DNA of 64,000 nucleotides, from contig CBDCOZ010000003.1 of assembly GCA_965220085.1 (NCBI GenBank), forward strand, positions 1,152,001-1,216,000, written 5' to 3'. Position 1 is the stretch's first letter. Each line of letters begins with the position of its first letter. A program made the position numbers and the translations under genes. Below, piece by piece: positions 50,487 to 60,264 of the stretch. The stretch is from Candidatus Oxydemutatoraceae bacterium. GTDB taxonomy: Bacteria; Pseudomonadota; Gammaproteobacteria; Poriferisulfidales; Oxydemutatoraceae. A model generated the notes under the pieces. That model saw nothing but the letters and a program-made list of their open reading frames with translations, ran no database searches and was not told the origin of the DNA.

Positions 50487-51540
50487 CTATCGCAACGGGC
50501 CTTCAAGGAAGAGGCGCAAGCGCAAGCGCACAGGCACATGGTCCTCTGTCACCTGAGCGCCTATGCTACACAGCGGCCCTTCCGATGCGGGCGCGGAAAA
50601 CTGATCCTTGAAAGAAACGCAGGCGCGTACGTACTTGTCCACATCGGCCGGGAAGGGCGCGAAGTTCGAGGCAGTGACAGCGGTTGCCGCAACGCCCGCT
50701 ATGTCAGCATAGGCATCGGCTGCGGGAGCGCCATTGGCGGGCGCATCGGCCTGTTGCCACTGCCAACTCAGGGTGTCGACATTGATGCCGTTGTTCTCCG
50801 TCACACCGGCGATGGAAGCTCTGATCATGCCCGTGGCGGTGGTGACTGTGGGTGCGCCGCTGGCGGCCATCTGCGTGGATGCGCTCACCAGGTTGATGGT
50901 CATGATGGCGGAACTTCTATCAGACTGAAATATAAAAGTAAAGTCGGTATAGCCAGTGGCGATGGAAATAGCATCGGCAGGCGGGGCGTATCTGAAACGA
51001 AGATGATTCCCAGGGGGATTAGCGAAATCAAATGTGCCAAAGAAGGCAGTCTGTTCATGCAAACCCACATTGTCAGCAAGATCCCCGCCATCCCCTCTGG
51101 TCAAGGTGCCGCGATCAGGATAGGTTTCAAAGTACAGCGAGGTGTCCTGGGGGAAGCCGGGGAAGTCGGCCAATACGAAAAGGTGGCTGCCGCCAAGGGG
51201 GACATTAACGCTGCTGTCTTGGGCGGTTTGAGCGTTCGCCTGGGTTGCGCCCAATGTCAAAGACAATGCCAGCAGGCAACGCATGGCGCATCCGACCACG
51301 GTGCGGCCGGCGCCTGCCGCCCGCGCGAACGACGGGCGGACCACAACAGACCGCAACCGCAACAACAATCCGCGCACAGCCGGTGCGCACGGTCGCTTTG
51401 CGGATGGCGGGTTGCGATATGCGAGTGATAAAAAACGAGTGAGAAGGCGATACAGCGAAACGCCGACAATCCCCTTACCTACAAGGCTAGGGGGAGGGGG
51501 GGGGGGGGGGGGGGGTAGTGTTAAAAATTTGTCGATTCAT
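50487..51540 (-). CDS. Secreted Ig/cadherin-like protein with C-terminal RLRLRLFLEGPLR; frameshifted at a C20 tract
   Basis: AGGAGG SD and ATG at 51540; poly-C at 51515-51496; the downstream frame is open from the tract to the stop at 50487. Confidence 0.7.
51490..51515. repeat. Homopolymer G5-A-G20
   Basis: Read directly from the sequence. Confidence 0.95.
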
Positions 51541-52018
51541 ATCTAATCCTCCTATGACAAGTAAACGCGATAGTCTAACCATTGCCGGCACTATCACAAA
51601 TGTAAGCCATCCTATGGCACGTAAATGTGGTTGGGTAATCATTGTCGGCACTATATCACAAACATAAGCCATCCGCAAGTGCCTTTGGATTCTAGCCTCA
51701 CCCCTTTCCGGCTCAGGGTATTTGCACTATATATAGGCTGGCTACGAGGATGGTGTGCTATGCCGATGCGGGGTATTTACACTATATATATAGAGGATAT
51801 GGCGGCATTGCGACCCTCGCCGCTATTGCCATGCGAAAACAGCGACTAAACACCGCTGTTTACAACAGTTTCCGCTGTTGCCGGACAGAGCCAAGTACAT
51901 AAGCCCCGATATTCCCCGATATTTCATGACCGCTCAAGTTGTGTTAGTATGGCATTCTGTGTAGAATAAGCAATGCATGATTATCTGCATTGCAAAAAAG
52001 ATTAAGGATTAAACGGTT

Positions 52019-52137
52019 TGCCTGGCGGCTATAGAGCACTGGTACCACCCGATCCCATTCCGAACTCGGAAGTGAAACGGTGCATCGCCGATGGTAGTGT
52101 GGGGTCTCCCCATGCGAGAGTAGGACACTGCCAGGCG
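52019..52137 (+). rRNA. rrf: 5S ribosomal RNA, unlinked from 23S
   Basis: TGCCTGGCGGC...CCCATTCCGAACTCGGAAGTGAAACG...GCCGATGGTAGTGTGGGGTCTCCCCATGCGAGAGTAGG..ACTGCCAGGC. Confidence 0.98.
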
Positions 52138-52177
52138 TTTATTCCGCTTCCCGTTGTTATTTCCCGGTACTACCGCC

Positions 52178-52924
52178 ATGGGCTTTGATATTGAAACTTT
52201 TCTCGTCGCAGGCACCGCTGTCACGGGCTTGTTGCTCGTCATCGCGCGCTTCGCGAATACCGCCCGCCCGCGCTGGTTGTTTGATACGGCGCAGTCGTTT
52301 TTCCCCGTACTGGCGATTGTTCTGATTCTGCGCAGTTTCATCATTGAGCCGTTTAGAATCCCCTCGGGCTCCATGTTGCCGACATTGGAAATCGGCGATT
52401 TCATCGTTGTCAATAAGTTTTCCTACGGCGTAAAACTGCCGCTGCTACATTGGCAGTTGCTAGAAGTCGGCGCGCCGCAACGCGGGGATGTGGTCGTCTT
52501 CCGTTATCCGCACGACCCATCGCAGGATTACATCAAGCGCCTGATCGGCTTGCCGGGCGATCACATCGTCTATAAAGACAAACAACTGACTATCAACGGC
52601 AGAAAAATCGCGGCGGACGATGCTCGCCCGTATCCGCAGCCCGAGACCTATCCGCTGATCATGGAGCGTCGCAGCGAACAGTTGGAAGGCGCCGCTCACG
52701 ATATTCTCTTGACACCGGCGCGCCGGCAGCACGACGGGGAGTGGACGGTACCCGCGGACTCCTACTTCGTGATGGGAGACAATCGCGACAACAGCAACGA
52801 CAGCCGCGTTTGGGGGTTTGTCGCCAAGGAGCATTTGGCCGGCAAGGCATTTTTGATTTGGATGAGTTGGGACTACGATGAAAACAACATCAAGTTCCCC
52901 CGCATATGGACGAGTATCCGCTGA
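52178..52924 (+). CDS. lepB: Signal peptidase I
   Basis: RSFIIEPFRIPSGSMLPTL, DYIKRLIGLPGD, GDNRDNSNDSR. Confidence 0.96.
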   Translation: MGFDIETFLVAGTAVTGLLLVIARFANTARPRWLFDTAQSFFPVLAIVLILRSFIIEPFRIPSGSMLPTLEIGDFIVVNKFSYGVKLPLLHWQLLEVGAPQRGDVVVFRYPHDPSQDYIKRLIGLPGDHIVYKDKQLTINGRKIAADDARPYPQPETYPLIMERRSEQLEGAAHDILLTPARRQHDGEWTVPADSYFVMGDNRDNSNDSRVWGFVAKEHLAGKAFLIWMSWDYDENNIKFPRIWTSIR

Positions 52925-53583
52925 TGCCCGACTTAAAAGACTTGCTCCCGGCGGAGTTTTTTAAGACCCCCCAATTCAATACGGCGATTACCCACCAGAG
53001 CGCGGGTTTTCCTAACAACGAACGGATGGAATTTCTGGGCGATGCCGTATTGCAGCTTGCCATCAGCGAAACGCTCTACCTCTCGAGCGCAAAAGACGAA
53101 GGGTATCTGACAAAGTTTCGCGCCTATCTGGTATGCAAGGACACGCTGTCCGAGTTGGCGCAGGAATGTCGGCTGGGCGATCTGATCAAGCTCGGCCCCG
53201 GCGAGAACCGAGACAACATCACGAAATCTATTCTGGGCAATGCGTTTGAAGCGATTATTGCCGCGGTGTATCTGGCGCACGGTTGGGATACGGTGCGAGG
53301 ATTTATCGAGACGGTTTATGCGAGCCGTCTGGAGCACATGCCGACCTTGGAAAAACTCAAGGATGCCAAAACAAGATTGCAGGAGTATTTGCAATCGCTG
53401 GGACACGCCTTGCCGGTCTATGCGCTGACAAAGAGCGGCCCCGGCAACGCGCCTGTGTTTGAGGCGCGGTGCAGCATCGACGAGTTGGATGTCGTGACCC
53501 GCGGGCGCGGAGCGACCAGACGCGCCGCCGAGCAGGAAGCGGCTGTCCGCGCGCTGGAGTTGTTGCAAGCCGGACTGTCGTGA
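52924..53583 (+). CDS. rnc: Ribonuclease III
   Basis: NERMEFLGDAVL, FEAIIAA, DAKTRLQE dsRBD. Confidence 0.96.
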   Translation: MPDLKDLLPAEFFKTPQFNTAITHQSAGFPNNERMEFLGDAVLQLAISETLYLSSAKDEGYLTKFRAYLVCKDTLSELAQECRLGDLIKLGPGENRDNITKSILGNAFEAIIAAVYLAHGWDTVRGFIETVYASRLEHMPTLEKLKDAKTRLQEYLQSLGHALPVYALTKSGPGNAPVFEARCSIDELDVVTRGRGATRRAAEQEAAVRALELLQAGLS

Positions 53584-54431
53584 GCGCGAAGCAACAATGC
53601 GGAAGCGTGGCCATCATCGGCGCTCCCAACGCCGGCAAATCCACATTATTTAACCGCTTGATCGGACGGCATCTGTCGGCTGTGACGCACAAGCCGCAGA
53701 CGACCCGTCGCAATATCAGAGGGGCGCTGACCGAAGGGGCGGCGCAGATGATCTTTATTGATACGCCGGGCATCCACAAAGGGCGGGCGGGCGCGCTCAA
53801 TCGCGCGCTCAATCGCAACGCAAAAAGCGTCCTCTACGATGTCGATGTCATCATCCTGATCGCCTCGTGCCGGCGCTGGACGCGACAGGATCAGGACATA
53901 CACGACTTGATTGCCGATATTCCGGCGCCGTGCCTGCTAGCGCTCAATAAGATCGACCTGCTTGCGGACAAATCCGAGATGTTGCCGCTGATAAAACAGA
54001 TGGACGAGCGCAACCGCTTTGATGCGATTATTCCGATTTCGGTTTTGCGCAACAAAGCGATTGCCGCGCTGAAACAGGAGATCGTATCTCGCCTGCCGCA
54101 ACGGCCGTTTCTGTTCGGCGACGATACGATCAGCGACCAGAGCGATGAGGTGATCATCGTTGAATTGATTCGCGAGAAACTGATGCAATACTCTCACGGC
54201 GAGTTGCCGTATATAACCGATATCCGAGTGGAATCCATTGAGCAAAAGGGGCCGCGGCGCAATATCACCGTGAACATTCTGGCTGACAAACCCGGGCGCA
54301 GAGCGATATTGATTGGCGCCGGCGGCTCCAAATTGAAACTGATCGGTTCCACCGCCCGCAAACGGATAGAGCAGGCGCTCGGCGCCCGCACATACCTCGA
54401 CTTGCGGGTGAAAGACAAGAAGACCGCATGA
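53580..54431 (+). CDS. era: GTPase Era
   Basis: GAPNAGKSTL, KPQTTR, DTPG, NKID, ELPY, KH domain; GTG start overlaps the rnc stop. Confidence 0.95.
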   Translation: MSAKQQCGSVAIIGAPNAGKSTLFNRLIGRHLSAVTHKPQTTRRNIRGALTEGAAQMIFIDTPGIHKGRAGALNRALNRNAKSVLYDVDVIILIASCRRWTRQDQDIHDLIADIPAPCLLALNKIDLLADKSEMLPLIKQMDERNRFDAIIPISVLRNKAIAALKQEIVSRLPQRPFLFGDDTISDQSDEVIIVELIREKLMQYSHGELPYITDIRVESIEQKGPRRNITVNILADKPGRRAILIGAGGSKLKLIGSTARKRIEQALGARTYLDLRVKDKKTA

Positions 54432-54437
54432 GAGCAG

Positions 54438-55169
54438 ATGATTGCTTTTCAAGACGAACCGGCCTTTGTCATTCATAAACGCGCCTATAACGACCGCAGC
54501 GATCTGGTGCAAATTTTAACGCCCGGACACGGGCGGCTGACCGTGATTGCCCGCTCGTCCGTGAAGATGATCGGCAAAGTGCTGCAACCGTTTATCCCGG
54601 CCAATGTCAGTTGCGGCGGCAGAGGGGAGATACCGAGCTTGCGCCAGTTTGAGCCCGAAGGCGCACAGATACTGACCGCTGCCGAACAGCGTATCGTCGG
54701 CATGTATGTGAATGAGTTGCTGACCAAGTTGACGCCTTTTCGCAGCGCATCCCGCACTTTGTTTCATTTGTATTCCCGTTGCATAACCGCTATCGGCGGC
54801 ATGTCCGACATGCGCGCCGACCTCGCCGCAGTGGAAAAGATACTGCGGAACTTTGAAGCGGATTTGCTTGAGTTGGTCGGCAACGGTTTGCAGTTGCAAT
54901 ACGAAAGCGGCGGCATGCAAGCGCTACAACCCGACGCATATTACCGCTACGATATTGACCGCGGAGCGGTGCGAGCGGGCGGCGGTGATGCGAGCGAATT
55001 CGTATACACCGGCGCGGCTCTGATTGCGCTGCGCGAACGTCTCACAACCTGCGATCGCCCGTTGATGACCGAAGCAAAGCAACTGTTGCGGCAGGTCATC
55101 GACTGCCACCTCAACGGCAAAGCGATAGAGACCCGCGCCCTGTTTTCGTATTTGCAAAACCTGACTTGA
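54438..55169 (+). CDS. recO: DNA repair protein RecO
   Basis: AFVIHKRAY, LQPF, GMYVNELL, LRNFE..LL; gene order. Confidence 0.92.
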   Translation: MIAFQDEPAFVIHKRAYNDRSDLVQILTPGHGRLTVIARSSVKMIGKVLQPFIPANVSCGGRGEIPSLRQFEPEGAQILTAAEQRIVGMYVNELLTKLTPFRSASRTLFHLYSRCITAIGGMSDMRADLAAVEKILRNFEADLLELVGNGLQLQYESGGMQALQPDAYYRYDIDRGAVRAGGGDASEFVYTGAALIALRERLTTCDRPLMTEAKQLLRQVIDCHLNGKAIETRALFSYLQNLT

Positions 55170-55227
55170 AAGCGGGGGGCGATTAGCAGTACTATGGGTA
55201 ACTTCGCCGTAATATGACCGGATAAAC

Positions 55228-55959
55228 ATGGTTCAAACGCACATCAATGCCGCTTTATGGGTCAATATCGACCACGTCGCGACCTTGCGCGAGGCGCGCA
55301 AGACGCCATACCCCGACCTCGCCGAGGCAATCGCGCAAGCCGAAGCCGGCGGCGCTTCCGGCATCACGATGCACTTGCGCGAAGACCGCAGGCATGTGCG
55401 CGATGACGATGTGCGCATGGCGCGGGAGCGAGTGACGACAGCGCTGAATCTTGAGATGGCGGCAACCGATGAGATGGTCGCCATCGCGGTTGCGACAAGG
55501 CCGGATGAGTGTTGCATCGTGCCGGAGAAACGCGAGGAATTGACGACCGAAGGCGGTTTGAATGTCCGCGCACAGTTGGCGCAAATCAGCGATGCGTGTC
55601 GCGCATTGAAGGCCGCCGCAATCAAGGTATCGCTGTTCGTAGAAGCCGATCGGCGAACGCTGGATGATGCGGCGGCGGTCGGGGCGGACATCGTTGAGCT
55701 GCACACCGGCCAATACGCGCTCTGCGAGGGCGAAGCGCAACAAGCCTGTTTGCGGCGGATAGCGGATGCCGCCGAATATGCCGCCGGGCTCGGTTTGCAA
55801 GTCAATGCCGGGCACGGCTTGCGGCGTGAAAATGTCGCCCCGATTGCCGCCATCACACAGATGACGGCGCTAAACATCGGTCACGCTGTCATCGCCGATG
55901 CCGTGTTCATGGGATTGCGCGAGGCGACCGCGGCGATGTATCGGGCGATGCAAGCATGA
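55228..55959 (+). CDS. pdxJ: Pyridoxine 5'-phosphate synthase
   Basis: VNIDHVATLREAR, HLREDRRH, PEKREELTTEGGL, NAGHGL. Confidence 0.97.
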   Translation: MVQTHINAALWVNIDHVATLREARKTPYPDLAEAIAQAEAGGASGITMHLREDRRHVRDDDVRMARERVTTALNLEMAATDEMVAIAVATRPDECCIVPEKREELTTEGGLNVRAQLAQISDACRALKAAAIKVSLFVEADRRTLDDAAAVGADIVELHTGQYALCEGEAQQACLRRIADAAEYAAGLGLQVNAGHGLRRENVAPIAAITQMTALNIGHAVIADAVFMGLREATAAMYRAMQA

Positions 55960-56315
55960 TACACGGTATCGGCATAGACATCGTGGATGTTCGCCGCATC
56001 GTCAGGTTGTTGCGACTCTATCCGTTGCGTTTTCCGCGTCGCATCTTACACCCGACAGAGCTGTTGACATACCAGCAGAAGCGCGACAAGGCCGGCTATC
56101 TCGCGCGCCAATTTGCCGCCAAAGAGGCGATCAGCAAGGCATTAGGGTGCGGTTTTCGCAACGGCTGCTATGCCGGCACGATGATAGTGGAGCGCGATGC
56201 GGCGGGACGTCCGGTTGCCAGCGTACCGGCGGCGGGCGCCGATATAGAGCTCAAAGTCAGCATCTCCGGCGAGAAAGATTATGTGGTGGCTCAAGCGCTT
56301 GCGCTCAGAACCTAA
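55956..56315 (+). CDS. acpS: Holo-ACP synthase
   Basis: GIGIDIV, FAAKEAISKALG. Confidence 0.95.
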   Translation: MIHGIGIDIVDVRRIVRLLRLYPLRFPRRILHPTELLTYQQKRDKAGYLARQFAAKEAISKALGCGFRNGCYAGTMIVERDAAGRPVASVPAAGADIELKVSISGEKDYVVAQALALRT

Positions 56316-56319
56316 TCCA

Positions 56320-57495
56320 TACCATTACCCGCGCTCGCGCTTCAATTCCGCCTTCAGCGCGCAGAGTTGCTCCAGCGCTTCCTTCGGGCTCAGGCGGTCG
56401 GGGTCCAGTTGCTCCAGCGCCTGTTGCAACCCGCCATCGGTTTGCGGACGGGCGGACTCGGTGTCGTATCATGACCCGCGCTCGCGCTTCAATTCCGCCT
56501 TCAGCGCATAGAGTTGCTCCAGCGCTTCCTTCGGGCTCAGGCGGTCGGGGTCCAGTTGCTCCAGCGCCTGTTGCAACCCGCTATCGGTTTGCGGCCGGTC
56601 GGGCTCGGTGTCGTATCATGACCCGCGTTCGCGCTTCAATTCCGCCTTCAGCGCGCAGAGTTGCTCCAGCGCTTCCTTCGGGCTCAGGCGGTCGGGGTCC
56701 AGTTGCTCCAGCGCCTGTTGCAACCCGCTATCGGTTTGCGGACGGGCGGACTCGGTGTCGTATCATGACCCGCGCTCGCGCTTCAATTCCGCCTTCAGCG
56801 CATAGAGTTGCTCCAGCGCTTCCTTCGGGCTCAGGCGGTCGGGGTCCAGTTGCTCCAGCGCCTGTTGCAACCCGCTATCGGTTTGCGGCCGGTCGGGCTC
56901 GGTGTCGTATCATGACCCGCGTTCGCGCTTCAATTCCGCCTTCAGCGCGCAGAGTTGCTCCAGCGCTTCCTTCGGGCTCAGGCGGTCGGGGTCCAGTTGC
57001 TCCAGCGCCTGTTGCAACCCGCTATCGGTTTGCGGACGGGCGGACTCGGTGTCGTATCATGACCCGCGCTCGCGCTTCAATTCCGCCTTCAGCGCGCAGA
57101 GTTGCTCCAGCGCTTCCTTCGGGCTCAGGCGGTCGGGGTCCAGTTGCTCCAGCGCCTGTTGCAACCCGCTATCGGTTTGCGGCCGGTCGGGCTCGGTGTC
57201 GTATCATGACCCGCGCTCGCGCTTCAATTCCGCCTTCAGCGCATAGAGTTGCTCCAGCGCTTCCTTCGGGCTCAGGCGGTCGGGGTCCAGTTGCTCCAGC
57301 GCCTGTTGCAACCCGCTATCGGTTTGCGGCCGGTCGGGCTCGGTGTCGTATCATGACCCGCGCTCGCGCTTCAATTCCGCCTTCAGCGCATAGAGTTGCT
57401 CCAGCGCTTCCTTCGGGCTCAAGCGGTCGGGGTCCAGTTGCTCCAGCGCCTGTTGCAACCCGCTATCGGTTTGCGGCCGGTCGGGCTCGGTGTCG
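56320..57495 (-). repeat. 147-bp tandem repeat x8 of the mutS 3' end
   Basis: Units start at 56320, 56467, 56614, 56761, 56908, 57055, 57202 and 57349; the last is the real gene end. Confidence 0.97.
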
Positions 57496-59924
57496 GCTTT
57501 GAGGCTAAGGCCGAGTTGGGGTGTCTCATCGCTGCCATCATTGCGGGCCGCCTCCAGCGAATGCAATTTATCTTGCGCCTGTGCGATGACACTTTCCGGC
57601 ACCCCGGCCAGGCGGGCGACTTGTAAGCCGTAACTCTTGCTGGCCGGGCCGGGTTTGACTTTGTACAGGAAAACAATTTTTTCCTTGTGCTCGGTGACAT
57701 CGATATGCACATTGCTGATAGTCGGGAACTGTTCGTGCAACGTCGTCAACTCAAAGTAGTGGGTTGCAAACAATGTATAGGAATGATTGTGCTGCGCAAT
57801 GTGGGCGGCACAAGCCCACGCCAGACTCAGCCCGTCAAAGGTACTCGTGCCGCGCCCGATCTCGTCCAGCAACACCAGGCTTTTGTCGGTCGCGTTGTTG
57901 AGGATGTTGGCGACCTCCGTCATTTCCACCATAAAGGTGGAGCGCCCGGATGCGATGTCATCGGACGCCCCGATGCGGGTGAAGATGCGGTCTACCGGAC
58001 CGATGCGAGCCGCTTCGGCGGGCACCCAGGCGCCGATGTGCGCAAGCAATACGATCAGCGCGGTCTGGCGCATATACGTCGACTTGCCGCCCATGTTCGG
58101 GCCGGTGATGATGCGTATGCGACCCTTGTCGCTCAGCGTCAGGTCGTTGGGGACAAAAGGCTGGTCGGAAATGTTCTCTATGATCGGGTGGCGGCCGTTT
58201 TTGATTTCAATCATCGGCTCGGCGGCGAATTGCGGCCTGCTGTGGTCGTAGAGTTTGGCGCAGTGGGCGAGGGTCGCCAGCACATCCAACTCCGCCAGCG
58301 CGCCAGCGCAAGCATAGAGTTTCTGCAGATACGGTTTGAACTCTTCGAGCAACTTTTGATACAGCGCCTTCTCGCGCGCCAACGCGCGCGTCTGCGCGGT
58401 CAGCACCTTGGCCTCGTAATCTTTCAACTCGGCGATGGTGAAGCGCTCGACATTCTTCAGGGTCTGCGTGCGCATATAATCGGCCGGCACTTTCTGCGCC
58501 GACGCTTTGCCGACCTCAATATAAAAGCCGTGCACTTTGCTGTAAGAAAGTTTGAGCGAGTGGATGCCGCTGCGCCGCTGTTCCCGTTGCTCGAGTTCCA
58601 GCAGGTAGCGGTTGGCGCCGTCGTTCATGCTGCGCAACTCATCCAACTGCGCGTCAAAGCCCGCTTTCAATACGCCGCCGTCGCGGATCGTCACCGGAGG
58701 CTCGTCGATGATGGCTTTGTCCAGCAACGCCAGCAACTCGGGTTGTTCGGCGACGGTCTGACGAAGACTTTTAAGCAACGCGCTTGTCGTTGTCTTCAAC
58801 GCGGATTTGATCTGCGGCAGCAGGCGCAAACTTTCGCGTATGCCGATGATGTCGCGCGGACGCGCGTGCAACATGGCGATGCGCGATGTGATGCGCTCAA
58901 TATCGGCGACCGACCCAAGCGATGCGCGCAAGGTCTCGCGACCGGCTTCGTCCGTCAGCCAAGCGATGGCATCCTGCCGCGCGATGATGCGGGCATGGTC
59001 TTTCAAAGGTTGGTTGAACCAGCGCTTAAGACAACGCCCGCCCATCGCCGAACTGACATGGTCGTAGATCGCAAACAAGGTGTGTTCCCGATTCCCCGAT
59101 ATGGATTGATCGATTTCCAAACAGACCCGGCTGACCGAGTCTATCTCCAGATATTCGCCGCCGGATTCCACCGTCAGTTTTCGCAGATGGGGCACCGCGC
59201 TGCGCTGCGTCTCTTTGGCATAGGAGAGCAGGGCGCCGGCGGCGGAGATGGCCGAATCCATATGTTCGCAACCGAAACCCGACAGGTCGCGGGTTCGCAT
59301 CTGCTCGCATAATTTGCGCCGACACGTATCCGCCTCAAAGTGCCACGCAGGGTAGGCGCGACCGTCAATCGGCAGCGTGCCTTCCTGTTCCTCGCTGATC
59401 AATATTTCCGCCGGGCGCAACCGTTGCACTTCGTCCATGACTTCGCTGTCGCTGTCGCACTGGCGCAGGCTGAAGATACCGGCGCTCAGTTCCAGCGCCG
59501 CAATCCCATAGCGGTGGGTGTCGTGCTGGCGAAAGACGGCCATCAGATAATTGTCGCTTTTGGCTTGCAGCAAAGTCTCCTCGGTCAAAGTGCCGGGGGT
59601 GACGATGCGGGTGATTTTACGCTCCAACGGACCCTTGCCCGCCTTGGGGTCGCCGACTTGGTCGCATATCACGACCGACTCGCCGTAGCGGATTAACTTG
59701 GCGATGTAGGAGTCCATCGCGTGCACCGGTATGCCGGCCATCGGAATCGGTTTGCTATTGGCTTGGCCGCGCGAGGTCAGCGTCAGATCGAGCAGGCGCG
59801 AAGCTTTTTCCGCATCAGAATAAAAGAGTTCATAGAAATCGCCCAATTGATAGAACAGCAACAAATCGGGATACTCTGACTTAAACGCCAGATACTGTTG
59901 CATCGCTGGTGTCGGTTTGTTCAT
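57351..59924 (-). CDS. mutS: DNA mismatch repair protein MutS
   Basis: [51 protein letters not shown]. Confidence 0.98.
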   Translation of the reverse strand: MNKPTPAMQQYLAFKSEYPDLLLFYQLGDFYELFYSDAEKASRLLDLTLTSRGQANSKPIPMAGIPVHAMDSYIAKLIRYGESVVICDQVGDPKAGKGPLERKITRIVTPGTLTEETLLQAKSDNYLMAVFRQHDTHRYGIAALELSAGIFSLRQCDSDSEVMDEVQRLRPAEILISEEQEGTLPIDGRAYPAWHFEADTCRRKLCEQMRTRDLSGFGCEHMDSAISAAGALLSYAKETQRSAVPHLRKLTVESGGEYLEIDSVSRVCLEIDQSISGNREHTLFAIYDHVSSAMGGRCLKRWFNQPLKDHARIIARQDAIAWLTDEAGRETLRASLGSVADIERITSRIAMLHARPRDIIGIRESLRLLPQIKSALKTTTSALLKSLRQTVAEQPELLALLDKAIIDEPPVTIRDGGVLKAGFDAQLDELRSMNDGANRYLLELEQREQRRSGIHSLKLSYSKVHGFYIEVGKASAQKVPADYMRTQTLKNVERFTIAELKDYEAKVLTAQTRALAREKALYQKLLEEFKPYLQKLYACAGALAELDVLATLAHCAKLYDHSRPQFAAEPMIEIKNGRHPIIENISDQPFVPNDLTLSDKGRIRIITGPNMGGKSTYMRQTALIVLLAHIGAWVPAEAARIGPVDRIFTRIGASDDIASGRSTFMVEMTEVANILNNATDKSLVLLDEIGRGTSTFDGLSLAWACAAHIAQHNHSYTLFATHYFELTTLHEQFPTISNVHIDVTEHKEKIVFLYKVKPGPASKSYGLQVARLAGVPESVIAQAQDKLHSLEAARNDGSDETPQLGLSLKADTEPDRPQTDSGLQQALEQLDPDRLSPKEALEQLYALKAELKRERGS

Positions 59925-60264
59925 TATCAATCAATCGAGGTAAAGGGTAGTAATACGATCTCCTGGTTTCAGGCTAACTCGCATTTTAGCAAACTCGCCA
60001 TATTCCCCCTTTTTGCCCGCGCTTGTGAGGGCAGGCCAGCGGGATATTTTGTATCATCCGGGCATTGCCACAGAGGAAAGCGCCGCCGAATCATGCCGCA
60101 AACACCCCAAATTTCAGGCATCATACAGGGGGGGTGCAAATATCTTATCTGTGGTATAATCACTGGTCGTTAGGATGTGTTTGAACCCTCATGAGGTTCT
60201 GCTATGGCAAAAAGACGGCGCACATCCCCACGCTTTGCAACTAAGATGAAGAGGAAAATACCAC

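Noticed and set aside
55898-57502. 534-aa repetitive ORF on the plus strand
   Set aside because: Antisense reading of the 147-bp mutS repeat that also overlaps acpS out of frame; the 49-codon unit keeps it open by chance.
57687-59312. 541-aa ORF antisense to mutS, and similar antisense ORFs over recA, rnc and the porin
   Set aside because: Shadow ORFs of GC-rich coding sequence with no recognisable motifs.
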